In this document: piece after piece, positions 9,983 through 19,484 of the stretch
Position numbering within the stretch: position 1 is the first letter of the stretch
Layout: the number at the start of each line of letters is the position of its first letter
DNA from: an uncultured Gemmatimonadales bacterium
GTDB lineage: Bacteria > Gemmatimonadota > Gemmatimonadetes > Longimicrobiales > RSA9
DNA: 64,000 nt
Reading direction: 5' to 3'
Assembly (NCBI GenBank): GCA_963708135.1
Contig: OY970192.1
Location: 928,001 to 992,000, forward strand
Translations under genes and position numbers: made by a program
The notes under the pieces: model-generated
The model's database searches: none
Told to the model about the DNA's origin: nothing
What the model saw: only the letters and a program-made list of their open reading frames with translations

Positions 9983-11112
9983 GAAAGCTCAGGGTGATGA
10001 GCGTCGTCGGCACCCGACCGGAGCTGATCCGGCTCTCACGGGTGCTCGCCCGCCTGGACGAGTTCTGCGACCACGTGCTCGTGCACACCGGCCAGAACTA
10101 CGACTACGAGCTGAACCAGGTCTTCTTCGACGAGCTTCAGATCCGCAGGCCCGACCATTTCCTCGATGCGGCGGGCCCGACCGCCGCGCAGACGATCGGC
10201 CGTCTGATCGCGGCGGTGGACGGCGTGCTCGAGGCGTCGCGGCCGGAGGCGCTGCTCGTGCTCGGCGATACCAACAGCTGCCTGGCGGTCATCGCGGCCA
10301 AGCGCCGCCAGGTACCGATCTTTCACATGGAGGCGGGCAACCGCTGCTTCGATCAGCGGGTCCCGGAGGAGACCAACCGCCGGATCGTGGACCACACCGC
10401 CGACATCAATCTGACCTACAGCGCCATCGCCCGCGAGTACCTCCTGCGCGAGGGCTTTCCGCCCGACCGGGTAATCCGGACCGGCAGTCCGATGTTCGAG
10501 GTGCTGGAGCACTACCGGCCCGGAATTGACGCCTCGGACGTCCTGCGGCGCCTGGACCTGGAGCCCGGCCGCTATTTCCTGGTCAGCGCCCACCGCGAGG
10601 AGAACGTCGACGGGGAGCGGACGTTCGCCCGGCTCGTCGAGGTCCTGAACATGCTGGCGGCGGACCACGGCCTGCCCGTCATCGTCTCCACACATCCGCG
10701 CACCATGAAGCGTGTCGGCGAGACCGGCGCCCGCTTCCACGACGGCGTCCGCCTCCTCAAGCCGCTCGGCTTCTTCGACTACGTGCACCTGCAGCGGGCT
10801 GCCCGCGCCGTCCTCTCGGACAGCGGCACCATCACCGAGGAGTCCTCGATCCTCAACTTCCCGGCCCTCAACATCCGCGAGGCCCACGAGCGGCCCGAGG
10901 GCATGGAGGAGGCGGCGGTCATGATGGTGGGGCTGGACATCGAGCGGGTGCGCCAGGGCCTCGCCATCCTCGCCACCCAGCCGCGTGGCGCCGAGCGCGG
11001 CCTCCCGCTCGTCCAGGACTACCGCGTGCCGAACGTCTCCGACAAGGTCGTCCGCATCATCCACAGCTATACCGATTACGTGAACCGGGTGGTCTGGCAC
11101 CGCCACCCCTGA
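9979..11112 (+). CDS. fnlC: Non-hydrolysing UDP-HexNAc 2-epimerase FnlC (WbjD/CapG)
   Basis: [48 protein letters not shown]. Confidence 0.92.
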   Translation: MRKLRVMSVVGTRPELIRLSRVLARLDEFCDHVLVHTGQNYDYELNQVFFDELQIRRPDHFLDAAGPTAAQTIGRLIAAVDGVLEASRPEALLVLGDTNSCLAVIAAKRRQVPIFHMEAGNRCFDQRVPEETNRRIVDHTADINLTYSAIAREYLLREGFPPDRVIRTGSPMFEVLEHYRPGIDASDVLRRLDLEPGRYFLVSAHREENVDGERTFARLVEVLNMLAADHGLPVIVSTHPRTMKRVGETGARFHDGVRLLKPLGFFDYVHLQRAARAVLSDSGTITEESSILNFPALNIREAHERPEGMEEAAVMMVGLDIERVRQGLAILATQPRGAERGLPLVQDYRVPNVSDKVVRIIHSYTDYVNRVVWHRHP

Positions 11113-11120
11113 GCGGACCC

Positions 11121-12362
11121 GTGCGCCTCCTCATCGTCAGCCAGTATTTCTGGCCCGAGAGCTTCCGCGTCAACGACCTGGCCGCCGAGATGGTGCGCCG
11201 CGGCCACGACGTCACCGTGCTGTCGGGCCTGCCGAACTACCCCGATGGGCGGGTCTTCGCCGAGTTCCGCCGCGACGCGCGCCGCTTCGCGGAGTACGAG
11301 GGCGCGCGCATCGTGCGCGTGCCGCTCGCGCCGCGCGGGACCGGCCGCGTCCGCCTCGTGCTCAACTACCTGAGCTTCGCCGCCGCCGGCTGCACGCTCG
11401 GCGCGTGGCGGCTCCGCGGCAACTCCTTCGACGCCATCTTCGTCTTCCAGCCGTCGCCGGTCACATCCTCGCTGCCGGCCCTCCTGATCGGACGCCTCAA
11501 GGCCGCGCCCGTCGTCCTCTGGGTGCTCGACCTCTGGCCGGATACACTCGAGGCGCTCGGCGTCGTGCGCTCGCCGCGGGCGCTCCGCGTCCTCGGCGCG
11601 CTCGTCGGCTTCATCTACCGCCGCTGCGCCCTCGTCCTCGGGCAGTCGCGCGCCTTCGTCCCGAACCTCGCCCGCTATACGGGGACCCCCGTGCGCTACT
11701 TCCCCGGCTGGGCCGAGCCGATCTTCGACGGCGGGCTCGATGGCATCGAGCCGGCGCCGGAGCTCGGGGGCGAGCGCTCCGCGTTCAACGTGCTGTTCGC
11801 CGGCAACATCGGCGATGCGCAGGACTTTCCCGCCATCCTCGACGCCGCCGAGTCGCTCCGCGGCCGGCTGGACGTCCGCTGGCTCATCGTCGGTGATGGC
11901 CGCGCGGCCGGCTGGGTCCGCGAGGAGATCCGGCGCAGGTCCCTCCAGGGGCAGGTCCGCATGCTCGGTCGCTACCCGATCGAGCGGATGCCCTCCTTCT
12001 TCCGCGGCGCTGACGCGCTCCTCGTCTCGCTCCGGCCCGACCCGGTGTTCGCCATGACGATCCCCGGGAAGGTTCAGGCCTACCTCGCGGCCGGGCTGCC
12101 GGTCCTCGGAATGCTCGAGGGCGAAGGCGCGCGCGTGATCGAGGAGTCGGAGGCCGGCCTCGTCTGCCCCGCCGGCGACGGCGCGGCGCTGGCGCGACGC
12201 GTCGAGGAGCTCGCCGCGCTGCCCGCCGAGGAGCGCGCCCGGATGGGGGCACGCGGCCTCCGGTACGCCAGGCTTGAGTTCGACCGTGACGCGCTCATCG
12301 CCCGGCTCGAGGGGTGGCTCGGCGAGGTGAGCCTCCGCCGCGCCGTGCCGGAGCCATCGTGA
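11121..12362 (+). CDS. GT4 glycosyltransferase, WbuB-like (L-FucNAc transferase)
   Basis: QYFWPE, GLPNYP, LNYLSF, DLWPD, FAGNIGDAQD, PGKVQAYLAAG; follows fnlABC. Confidence 0.85.
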   Translation: MRLLIVSQYFWPESFRVNDLAAEMVRRGHDVTVLSGLPNYPDGRVFAEFRRDARRFAEYEGARIVRVPLAPRGTGRVRLVLNYLSFAAAGCTLGAWRLRGNSFDAIFVFQPSPVTSSLPALLIGRLKAAPVVLWVLDLWPDTLEALGVVRSPRALRVLGALVGFIYRRCALVLGQSRAFVPNLARYTGTPVRYFPGWAEPIFDGGLDGIEPAPELGGERSAFNVLFAGNIGDAQDFPAILDAAESLRGRLDVRWLIVGDGRAAGWVREEIRRRSLQGQVRMLGRYPIERMPSFFRGADALLVSLRPDPVFAMTIPGKVQAYLAAGLPVLGMLEGEGARVIEESEAGLVCPAGDGAALARRVEELAALPAEERARMGARGLRYARLEFDRDALIARLEGWLGEVSLRRAVPEPS

Positions 12363-13336
12363 GTCCGGCTCGCCGCGTGCTCGTCACCGGCGCGTCGGGG
12401 TTCGTCGGCACGCGGCTGGTGGCGGCGCTGCGCGCCGACCCCTCGTGGCGGATCACGGCCGCGGTCCGAGGCGACGTCGCCCCCGAGGGCGCCCGCGCCA
12501 TCCGCATTCACGACCTCCGCGAAGCCGTCGACTGGAGCGACGCCCTCGCCGGCTGCGACACGGTCGTGCATCTCGCCGCCCGCGTCCACCTCGTGCGCGA
12601 CGGCGCGGCGGATCCGCTCGCGGAGTTCCGGCGTGTCAACGTTGCGGCCACGATGCGTCTCGCGCGCCAGGCCGCCAATGCCGGGGTGCGCCGCTTCCTC
12701 TACCTCAGCTCCATCAAGGTCAACGGGGAGGCCACGGCCCCGGGCCGACCCTTCACCGCCGCCGATCCGCCGGCGCCCGTCGATGCGTACGCCATCTCGA
12801 AGGCGGAGGCCGAGGAGTCGCTCCTGCGCACCGCGGCCGCCACCGGAATGGAGGTCGTGCTCCTGCGCCCCCCGCTCATCTACGGCCCGGGCGTGAGGGC
12901 CAACTTCAGGAACATGATCCGCTGGGTGGCGCGCGGCTTGCCTCTGCCGCTCGGGGCAGTGACCGGGAACCGGAGGACGCTCGTGGCGCTCGACAACCTG
13001 GTCGACCTGGTCCGGACCGCGCTCGACCACCCGGCAGCCGCCAACCAGGTCCTGCTCGCCGGCGACGCGGAGGACCTCTCCACGGCCGAGCTGCTCCGGC
13101 GCACGGCCGCGGCTCTCGGCGTGCGGCCCCGCCTCTTCGCCGTGCCGCCCGCCGCGCTGCTCGCGGCCGGCCGGCTCCTCCGGAAGCGGGATGCGGCGCG
13201 GCGGCTGTGCTGCAGCCTGCAGGTGGACACCTCCGGGACGCGTGCGCTGCTCGGCTGGGTGCCGCCCGTGGGCGTCGACGAGGGGCTCCGCCGGACGGTC
13301 CGGGGACTCGCCGTCTCCGGGAGCGGGCCGCGATGA
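12359..13336 (+). CDS. NAD-dependent epimerase/reductase (WbpV/WbpK-like extended SDR)
   Basis: GTGA coupling; VTGASGFVG, HLAARVH, SSIKVNGE, YAISK, RPPLIYGPGV. Confidence 0.85.
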   Translation: MSPARRVLVTGASGFVGTRLVAALRADPSWRITAAVRGDVAPEGARAIRIHDLREAVDWSDALAGCDTVVHLAARVHLVRDGAADPLAEFRRVNVAATMRLARQAANAGVRRFLYLSSIKVNGEATAPGRPFTAADPPAPVDAYAISKAEAEESLLRTAAATGMEVVLLRPPLIYGPGVRANFRNMIRWVARGLPLPLGAVTGNRRTLVALDNLVDLVRTALDHPAAANQVLLAGDAEDLSTAELLRRTAAALGVRPRLFAVPPAALLAAGRLLRKRDAARRLCCSLQVDTSGTRALLGWVPPVGVDEGLRRTVRGLAVSGSGPR

Positions 13337-13893
13337 AGCGGGCCGCGGACTTCGTCCTGGCGCTCGCTGCCGCGGTGGTGCTCGCGATCCCGATCGCGGT
13401 CATCGCGGCGCTCGTCCGCTTGACGTCCCACGGGCCCGCGCTGTACTGGTCCGACAGGATCGGCCGCCGGAACCGGCTCTTCCGCATGCCGAAGTTCCGA
13501 ACCATGCGCGTGGACACGCCGGCGCTGCCGACCCACCTGCTCCTCGATGCCCATGCGTACCTCACGCCGCTCGGGCGGTTCCTGCGGCGCACGAGCCTGG
13601 ACGAGCTGCCGCAGCTCTGGAGCATCCTGCGCGGGGACATGAGCTTCGTCGGCCCGCGCCCCGCGCTCTTCAACCAGGACGACCTGGTCGCGCTGCGGAC
13701 GGAGGCCGGGGTTCACGAATTGGTGCCCGGCCTCACCGGATGGGCCCAGGTGAACGGGCGCGACGAGCTCTCCATTCCCGACAAGGTCGGGTTCGATCTC
13801 GAGTACATGCGCCGGCGGTCCATGTCGATGGATTGCAGGATCATCCTGCTCACCTTCATGCGCGCGGTGCGGGGAAGCGGCGTGGCCCATTGA
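13333..13893 (+). CDS. Monotopic initiating phosphoglycosyl transferase (Bac_transf, PglC-like)
   Basis: MKRAADF, KFRTM, SLDELPQL, GDMSFVGPRP, PGLTGWAQVNGR. Confidence 0.9.
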   Translation: MKRAADFVLALAAAVVLAIPIAVIAALVRLTSHGPALYWSDRIGRRNRLFRMPKFRTMRVDTPALPTHLLLDAHAYLTPLGRFLRRTSLDELPQLWSILRGDMSFVGPRPALFNQDDLVALRTEAGVHELVPGLTGWAQVNGRDELSIPDKVGFDLEYMRRRSMSMDCRIILLTFMRAVRGSGVAH

Positions 13894-13942
13894 CCGGCCC
13901 GGCCCCTCCCGCACCGGCCTTCTCCCTCGATCCGGAGCTCAA

Positions 13943-14599
13943 TTGAACCGACGACTGCTCTGCGTGCTCGCCGCCGCCGTGGCCCTCTGCGCGGCACGGC
14001 CGGACGCCGCCTTTGCCCAGCAGGACGGCGCCCGGCCCCCTGCGCCGGCGCCCGCCACCGGCTATACGGTGCGCCCTGGCGACGTGCTCCGGATCCGCGT
14101 CTGGCCCGATTCTTCCCTCAGCGGCGAGTTCCCGGTCGAGGAGACCGGTTACACCTACCTCCCCGTGCTTGGCGCGGTGAGGGCCGGCGGCGTACCGCTG
14201 GAGGAGCTGCGGCGCAACCTGCGCCAGCTCTACGGGGGCGCACTCAAGGCGCCGGCCGTCGAGGTCACGCCGCTGTTCAAGGTGAGCGTGCTCGGTGCCG
14301 TGATGCGGCCGGGCCTCTACAGCGTCGATCCGAGCCAGACGCTCTTCGACGCCATCAGCCTTGCCGGCGGCTTCCAGCCCAACGCGAAGGAGAAGGAGGT
14401 CCGGCTGATCCGCCACGGACAATCGATCCGCGTGAACGCCGAGGAGGAGCTCGAGTCCGGCTCCGCGGCCCTCGACCTCGCGCTCCAGTCCGGGGACCGC
14501 GTCGTGGTGCCGCAGGGACACTCTGTGCGCGCCCTGGACATCTTCTACGGGATCCAGTCTCTCGTCCTTATCGTCACCCTCGTCACCCGGGTGCACTGA
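13943..14599 (+). CDS. wza: Polysaccharide export OPX protein (Wza-like; Poly_export plus SLBB)
   Basis: Signal peptide ending AFA; YTVRPGDVLRI, VSVLGAVMRPGLY, DAISLAGG, LQSGDRVVVP. Confidence 0.8.
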   Translation: MNRRLLCVLAAAVALCAARPDAAFAQQDGARPPAPAPATGYTVRPGDVLRIRVWPDSSLSGEFPVEETGYTYLPVLGAVRAGGVPLEELRRNLRQLYGGALKAPAVEVTPLFKVSVLGAVMRPGLYSVDPSQTLFDAISLAGGFQPNAKEKEVRLIRHGQSIRVNAEEELESGSAALDLALQSGDRVVVPQGHSVRALDIFYGIQSLVLIVTLVTRVH

Positions 14600-14621
14600 T
14601 CATGCAGGGGCTTGCATCGCC

Positions 14622-17027
14622 ATGAGCGACTTCGTCGAGAACAGCGGCCGGAACGGTGCCGGCGGAAAGCCGGAGAGCCCGGCCGTGCCGCAGCCGGACA
14701 TGAAGGAGATCGATCCCGCTCAGGTGCTCGCCGTTCTGCGGCGCCGCTGGTGGATGGTGGCGCTGTTCACCGTTCTCGCCGTGGCCGCCGCCTGGATGAT
14801 TCAGATCTACCGCGGCAACACATACACCGCCAGCACACTGATCGAGAAGAAGGCCACCCAGCAGTCGCCGCTGGACCAGATCCTCGGCCAGACCGGGGGG
14901 CCCGGCGTCGCGAGCGACGTCATGGCGTCCCAGGTCGAGGTCATGCGCAGCGAGGTCGTGCTCGGAGCGGTCGTCGACTCGCTCCACCTCCAGGTTGCGT
15001 CCCCCGACGGGTACGGGGCGGTGCGGCGCGCGTTCGGCTCCATAACGCTCGCCCGCACCGCCGGTGGCCGGAGCTACGTGGCGGAGCCCGTCGATGGAGT
15101 CCTCGAGCTGCGCGCGGCCGGCGGCGGCGTCGTCGGCAGGGCCGCGCCAGGCGGCGCCATCGACATCCCGGGACTGCGGCTGACCGTCCGTTCGCCTCTC
15201 GCGCTCGATGGTCCCCTCGACCTGAAGATCCTCTACCGGGAGCAGGCCATCGACCAGCTCCGGCGCGCCCTCGATATCCATCAGATCGGCGAGACGAGCC
15301 TGATCCGCGCCAGCTACACGGCCGCGAGTCCACGGGTCGCCGCGGACGTGGTGAACGCGCTCGCCTCGGCCGCAACCGCATATTCCGCCACGCTCGGCCG
15401 CGAGCAGGCCCGCCGTCGCCGCGCGTTCATCGCGGGCCAGATGCGTCAGATCTCGGATTCGCTCCGGCTCGCCCAGAACACTCAGCTGCGCTACCAGGAG
15501 AGCTCCGGGACGGTCGATCCCGCGGAGGAAGGGCAGGCGCTCATCAGCGCGCTCATGGACGCGGAGAAGGATTTTCGCAAGCTGCAGTACGAGGACGATG
15601 TCCTGGCCGGCCTCACCAAGTCGCTCCAGCGGAGCGGGGACGTTGATGAGGCGCTCCGGCGCGCCGTCGCCCTCGGCAGCGACCTCGTGCCGGGAATCGA
15701 AACCCTGTATGGACGACTCCTCGACCTCAAGGCGCAGCGCGACAAGCTGACCGCCTCGAAGTACGGCTACACCGCGTCCGGACCGGCCGTCCAGGTCACG
15801 GATTCCCTCATTGCCTCCGCCCGCGGCGAGATCAGGGCCCTCACGGGGCAGTCGCTCCAGGTGGTGCAGGCCCGCAGGGCCGCCGCGCAGCAGCGGGTCG
15901 CGGCGCTCGAAGGGCAGATCCGAAACCTGCCGGGGCGCACCACGGAGTATGCCCGTCTGCGTGAGCAGGCGGATGCCATCAAGAGCACCTATGATCTGCT
16001 CGCCGGCAAGTACTACGAGGCCCAGATCGCCGAGGCCGTCGAGGGCGGCGACATCGACATCGTCGATGCGGCCACGGTCCCGGTGCTCCCGGACCCGAAG
16101 CACACCACCATAAGTCTCATCCTGGCCCTGGTCATCGGTCTCATCCTCGGAACCGGCGCCGCTTTCCTGCTCGACTACTTCGACTCCAGCATCCGCGAGC
16201 CGGAGGACGCCGAGCGCGCCGCCGGGCTCCGCCTCCTCGGCACCATCCCGCAGATGCCAGCCCTCGCCAACGGGAACGGGAACGGGACGCGCGTCGTCGT
16301 CGGCCGGACCGACGAGCCGATCGGCGCCGAGGCGTTCCGCGCGCTCCGCACGATGATCCGTTTCTCCCGCGCCAGCCGCCCCCGTCTCATTGGCATCACG
16401 AGCGGCGCGCCCGGCGAGGGGAAGAGCAGCGTCGCCGCCAACCTTGCCTTCGCGGTCGCGCAGGAGGCCAAGCGCGTGCTGCTGATCGACGCCGACCTCC
16501 GGCGGCCGACCGTGCACCGTACCTTCCGCGTGTCCCGCAGCCCGGGCCTTACCGATGTCCTCGTTGGCGAAGCGAAGCTGGAGCACGCGGTGACGCGGAT
16601 CGACGGCTCGACGATCGACGTGCTGCCGTGCGGCACGGAGGCGCCCAACCCCGCGGAGCTCCTCGGCAGCCCCGCGCTGGCCGAGCTGCTGGGCGCCGCC
16701 CGCGCGGCCTACGACCTGGTCCTCGTCAACACGCCCCCCGTCCTGGCCGTCACGGATGCCGCCGTGCTCGCGCCCGAGATGGAGGGCCTCATCCTCGTCG
16801 CCCGCGCGCGGGTCACCGACCGCCGCATGCTCGCGGATGCCGCCGAGGTCCTGCGGCAGGTGGGAGGATCCCTGCTCGGCGTCGTCATCAACAACGTGCC
16901 GCTCGGCGGCGGATACAAGAACCCGTATCACTTCCAGTACGCCTACGGCCCCGCCTCCGACAAGTCGTCCAACGGGACCGGCCGGCTCCGCCGCCTCGTC
17001 GGCCGTTTCGTGCCCCACCGCTCCTGA
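14622..17027 (+). CDS. wzc: Polysaccharide co-polymerase / BY tyrosine kinase Wzc
   Basis: Two TMs around a coiled-coil periplasmic domain; EAFRALRT, Walker A GEGKS, A' LIDADLRRP, Tyr-rich tail; Walker B reads VLVNTPP. Confidence 0.9.
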   Translation: MSDFVENSGRNGAGGKPESPAVPQPDMKEIDPAQVLAVLRRRWWMVALFTVLAVAAAWMIQIYRGNTYTASTLIEKKATQQSPLDQILGQTGGPGVASDVMASQVEVMRSEVVLGAVVDSLHLQVASPDGYGAVRRAFGSITLARTAGGRSYVAEPVDGVLELRAAGGGVVGRAAPGGAIDIPGLRLTVRSPLALDGPLDLKILYREQAIDQLRRALDIHQIGETSLIRASYTAASPRVAADVVNALASAATAYSATLGREQARRRRAFIAGQMRQISDSLRLAQNTQLRYQESSGTVDPAEEGQALISALMDAEKDFRKLQYEDDVLAGLTKSLQRSGDVDEALRRAVALGSDLVPGIETLYGRLLDLKAQRDKLTASKYGYTASGPAVQVTDSLIASARGEIRALTGQSLQVVQARRAAAQQRVAALEGQIRNLPGRTTEYARLREQADAIKSTYDLLAGKYYEAQIAEAVEGGDIDIVDAATVPVLPDPKHTTISLILALVIGLILGTGAAFLLDYFDSSIREPEDAERAAGLRLLGTIPQMPALANGNGNGTRVVVGRTDEPIGAEAFRALRTMIRFSRASRPRLIGITSGAPGEGKSSVAANLAFAVAQEAKRVLLIDADLRRPTVHRTFRVSRSPGLTDVLVGEAKLEHAVTRIDGSTIDVLPCGTEAPNPAELLGSPALAELLGAARAAYDLVLVNTPPVLAVTDAAVLAPEMEGLILVARARVTDRRMLADAAEVLRQVGGSLLGVVINNVPLGGGYKNPYHFQYAYGPASDKSSNGTGRLRRLVGRFVPHRS

Positions 17028-17104
17028 CCCCCCGGCGGGTGAGGAGGGCCCGCCATTGGTGAACGCGGCATGCACGCTCGCCGGAGAACGCTGCCTCCCG
17101 CCCG

Positions 17105-17133
17105 TTGGCCGTGCCCCCTCGATCGATTAACTT
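17105..17133 (+). promoter_or_regulatory. sigma70-type promoter for dnaX (possibly leaderless)
   Basis: TTGGCC-N17-TAACTT, with ATG 7 nt after the -10 and no SD. Confidence 0.5.
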
Positions 17134-17140
17134 CAGCCTC

Positions 17141-19087
17141 ATGACCTCCCCGACGACCCGCCAGGCACTGGCCCGCCTCTACCGTCCGCGCCGCTTCGGC
17201 GAGATGGCCACGCAGGAGCACGTCTCCGAGACCCTCCGCTCGGCCGTCGCACGCGGGCGCGTGGCCCACGCCTACCTCTTCACCGGACCCCGCGGGGTCG
17301 GCAAGACCACCGCCGCCCGCGTCCTGGCCATGGCGCTGAACTGCCCGAACCGCGGCGAGGACGGCGAGCCGTGCGGCGCCTGCGAGAGCTGCGAGCGCAT
17401 CTGGAGCGGCCGCACGTCGCTCGATGTGGTGGAGATCGATGCCGCCTCCAATCGCGGCGTCGACGACGCGCGCGACCTGCGCGAGCGCGCCATGTACGCG
17501 CCCACCGAGGCGGACCGCTTCAAGGTCTACATCATCGACGAGGCGCACATGCTCACGCGCGAGGCGTGGAACGCGCTCCTCAAGATCCTCGAGGAGCCAC
17601 CGCCGCGCGTCATCTTCGTCTTCGCCACCACCGAGCCGCAGAAGATCCAGCAGGCCGCGCCGCCGATCCTCTCGCGCTGCCAGCGCTTCGACTTCCGCCG
17701 CATCAGCGTCGAGGGCATCGTCGCGCGGCTGCGCGACGTGCTCGCCGCCGAGGGCATCCAGGCCGGCGACGATGCCCTCGTCCCGCTCGCCCGGCGCGCC
17801 GATGGCGGCCTCCGCGACGCCCTCTCACTCCTCGACCAGGTGCTCTCCTTCGCCGAGGGCGAGCTGCGAGCGGACGACGTCCGCCGCATCCTCGGCCTCA
17901 TGGACGAGGAGATCTACCTCGAGCTCTTCGACGTGATCGCCGATCACCGCCACGCGGATGTCTTCCGCTTCGTGCAGCGGCTCCTCGACGAGGGCTACGA
18001 TCTGGCCGAGTTCTACAAGGGCCTGGCCGACGCCCTGCGCGCCCTCCTCATCGCCCGCCTCGAGGGCGCCGGGGCCGCCGATGTCCGGGAGGACCTGCGG
18101 CCCGCGTTCGCCAGGATGGCCGGCCGCTTCTCCGCCGGCGACATCCTCCGCATGCTCGCCCAGGTGGCCGAGCTCGACACCGAGGGCCGATTCCGCAAGT
18201 CCGCCAACGTCCGCCTCGTCCTCGAGGCGCTGCTCCTCCGCTTCGCCCACCTCGACCGCACCATCGAGCTCGAGGCCCTGGTCCGCGCCGCCGGCGGCGC
18301 CCCGCTCCCGGCCGAAGACGACGCCGGCGCCCCCCCCGCCGCCGGTGCCCCGCCGACTCCCGCCGGCGCCCCCCGCGAGGCCCGTGGGCCTGGCGCCCGC
18401 GGCGCCTCAGCGCGCGCGCGGGATCTCCTGCGCGAGGCCATCGGCGCCGCTCCTGCCTCGGCCACGGCCGCTACCCGCCCCGCTGCGGCCGCGCCGGCCC
18501 CCACGGAGGCGCCGCCGGCCGCGCAGGCCGCGACGGCGCGCGCGGAGTCATCCGCGGACGGCCCACCGGCCGCCGAATGGGGCGACATGGACACCGTGGC
18601 GCGGCCTCCGCAGGCACGCACGCGAGGCCCGGAATCGGACGCCGGACCCGCCGCGCGGGGCGGCCTGAGCTCCGGCGATGCGGGGAACGTTCCTGCCGCG
18701 CAGGCCGCGCTCCGGGCCGTGCTCTCGGGTAGGGAGGTCCTTCCGCCCGGCCTGGGCATCTTCCTCAAGGCGGCCACGGTGGCCGGCGCGGACGAAGGCA
18801 CCGTGACCCTCGCCCTCCCACCGGGCCCCGGCCTCGAGCGCCTCACCACCGATCCGGCCTCTCTCCGGGCCGTGCGCGATGCGCTGGCGGCACGCCTGGA
18901 CAGGGAGGTACGCGTGCTCGTGGTCGGCGCCGGGGGCGCGAGAGGCGCGGGGGACTCGCCCGAGGGCGCAGCGCCCGCGCGCCTCACACCCGAGCGCGTC
19001 AAGGCCGAGCGGCTCGCCCGCCTCGCGCAGGCGGAGCCGCTGCTCGGCCAGGCCGTCCAGCTGCTCGACCTGGAGCTACTGGAATAG
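17141..19087 (+). CDS. dnaX: DNA polymerase III subunit gamma/tau
   Basis: LARLYRPRRF, HAYLFTGPRGVGKTT, Zn-binding Cys cluster, EIDAASNRG, IIDEAHML, SRC motif; Ala/Pro linker. Confidence 0.95.
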   Translation: MTSPTTRQALARLYRPRRFGEMATQEHVSETLRSAVARGRVAHAYLFTGPRGVGKTTAARVLAMALNCPNRGEDGEPCGACESCERIWSGRTSLDVVEIDAASNRGVDDARDLRERAMYAPTEADRFKVYIIDEAHMLTREAWNALLKILEEPPPRVIFVFATTEPQKIQQAAPPILSRCQRFDFRRISVEGIVARLRDVLAAEGIQAGDDALVPLARRADGGLRDALSLLDQVLSFAEGELRADDVRRILGLMDEEIYLELFDVIADHRHADVFRFVQRLLDEGYDLAEFYKGLADALRALLIARLEGAGAADVREDLRPAFARMAGRFSAGDILRMLAQVAELDTEGRFRKSANVRLVLEALLLRFAHLDRTIELEALVRAAGGAPLPAEDDAGAPPAAGAPPTPAGAPREARGPGARGASARARDLLREAIGAAPASATAATRPAAAAPAPTEAPPAAQAATARAESSADGPPAAEWGDMDTVARPPQARTRGPESDAGPAARGGLSSGDAGNVPAAQAALRAVLSGREVLPPGLGIFLKAATVAGADEGTVTLALPPGPGLERLTTDPASLRAVRDALAARLDREVRVLVVGAGGARGAGDSPEGAAPARLTPERVKAERLARLAQAEPLLGQAVQLLDLELLE

Positions 19088-19279
19088 CCGCGGAGGCCGC
19101 GCGCTCCCGCCCGCGTGCCGGGGCACCTGCGGAAGGATCGTCGGAAACAGCCGCGTGCAGGCCCGGCAGTACCAGAGCCGGAGGCGCGGGAAGAGTGATG
19201 TGAGGAGCGGGATGCGGGATGGCCGGTGGTAGGGGTGGTCCGTATCGCGCGACCTGCAGAACGGGCAGCGAGGCGTCAT
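19076..19279 (-). CDS. Small Zn-ribbon-like protein (67 aa)
   Basis: MTPRCPFC...WYCRAC...; AGGAG SD 6 nt before ATG; own sigma70-like promoter upstream. Confidence 0.55.
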   Translation of the reverse strand: MTPRCPFCRSRDTDHPYHRPSRIPLLTSLFPRLRLWYCRACTRLFPTILPQVPRHAGGSARPPRLFQ

Positions 19280-19352
19280 CGTCCGCTCCTGTTCGGGTGA
19301 GCCCGCGCCGGCCTCGGCGCGTGCAGTCACGAGCGCTCGTCCGCTCGCGTAA

Positions 19353-19381
19353 AAGCTACACCCGCCAGCCGGATGCGCCAA
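19353..19381 (-). promoter_or_regulatory. sigma70-type promoter for the small antisense ORF
   Basis: Minus strand TTGGCG-N17-TAGCTT. Confidence 0.45.
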
Positions 19382-19484
19382 GACCCGCCTCCACCCACCC
19401 CCGCTCCCCCCAACCCGCACCCCCATCCTGGAGTTGCCCCGGTTTCGTGGACACCTACTCTCTTGGGAGGGAAAGGAGTCCACG

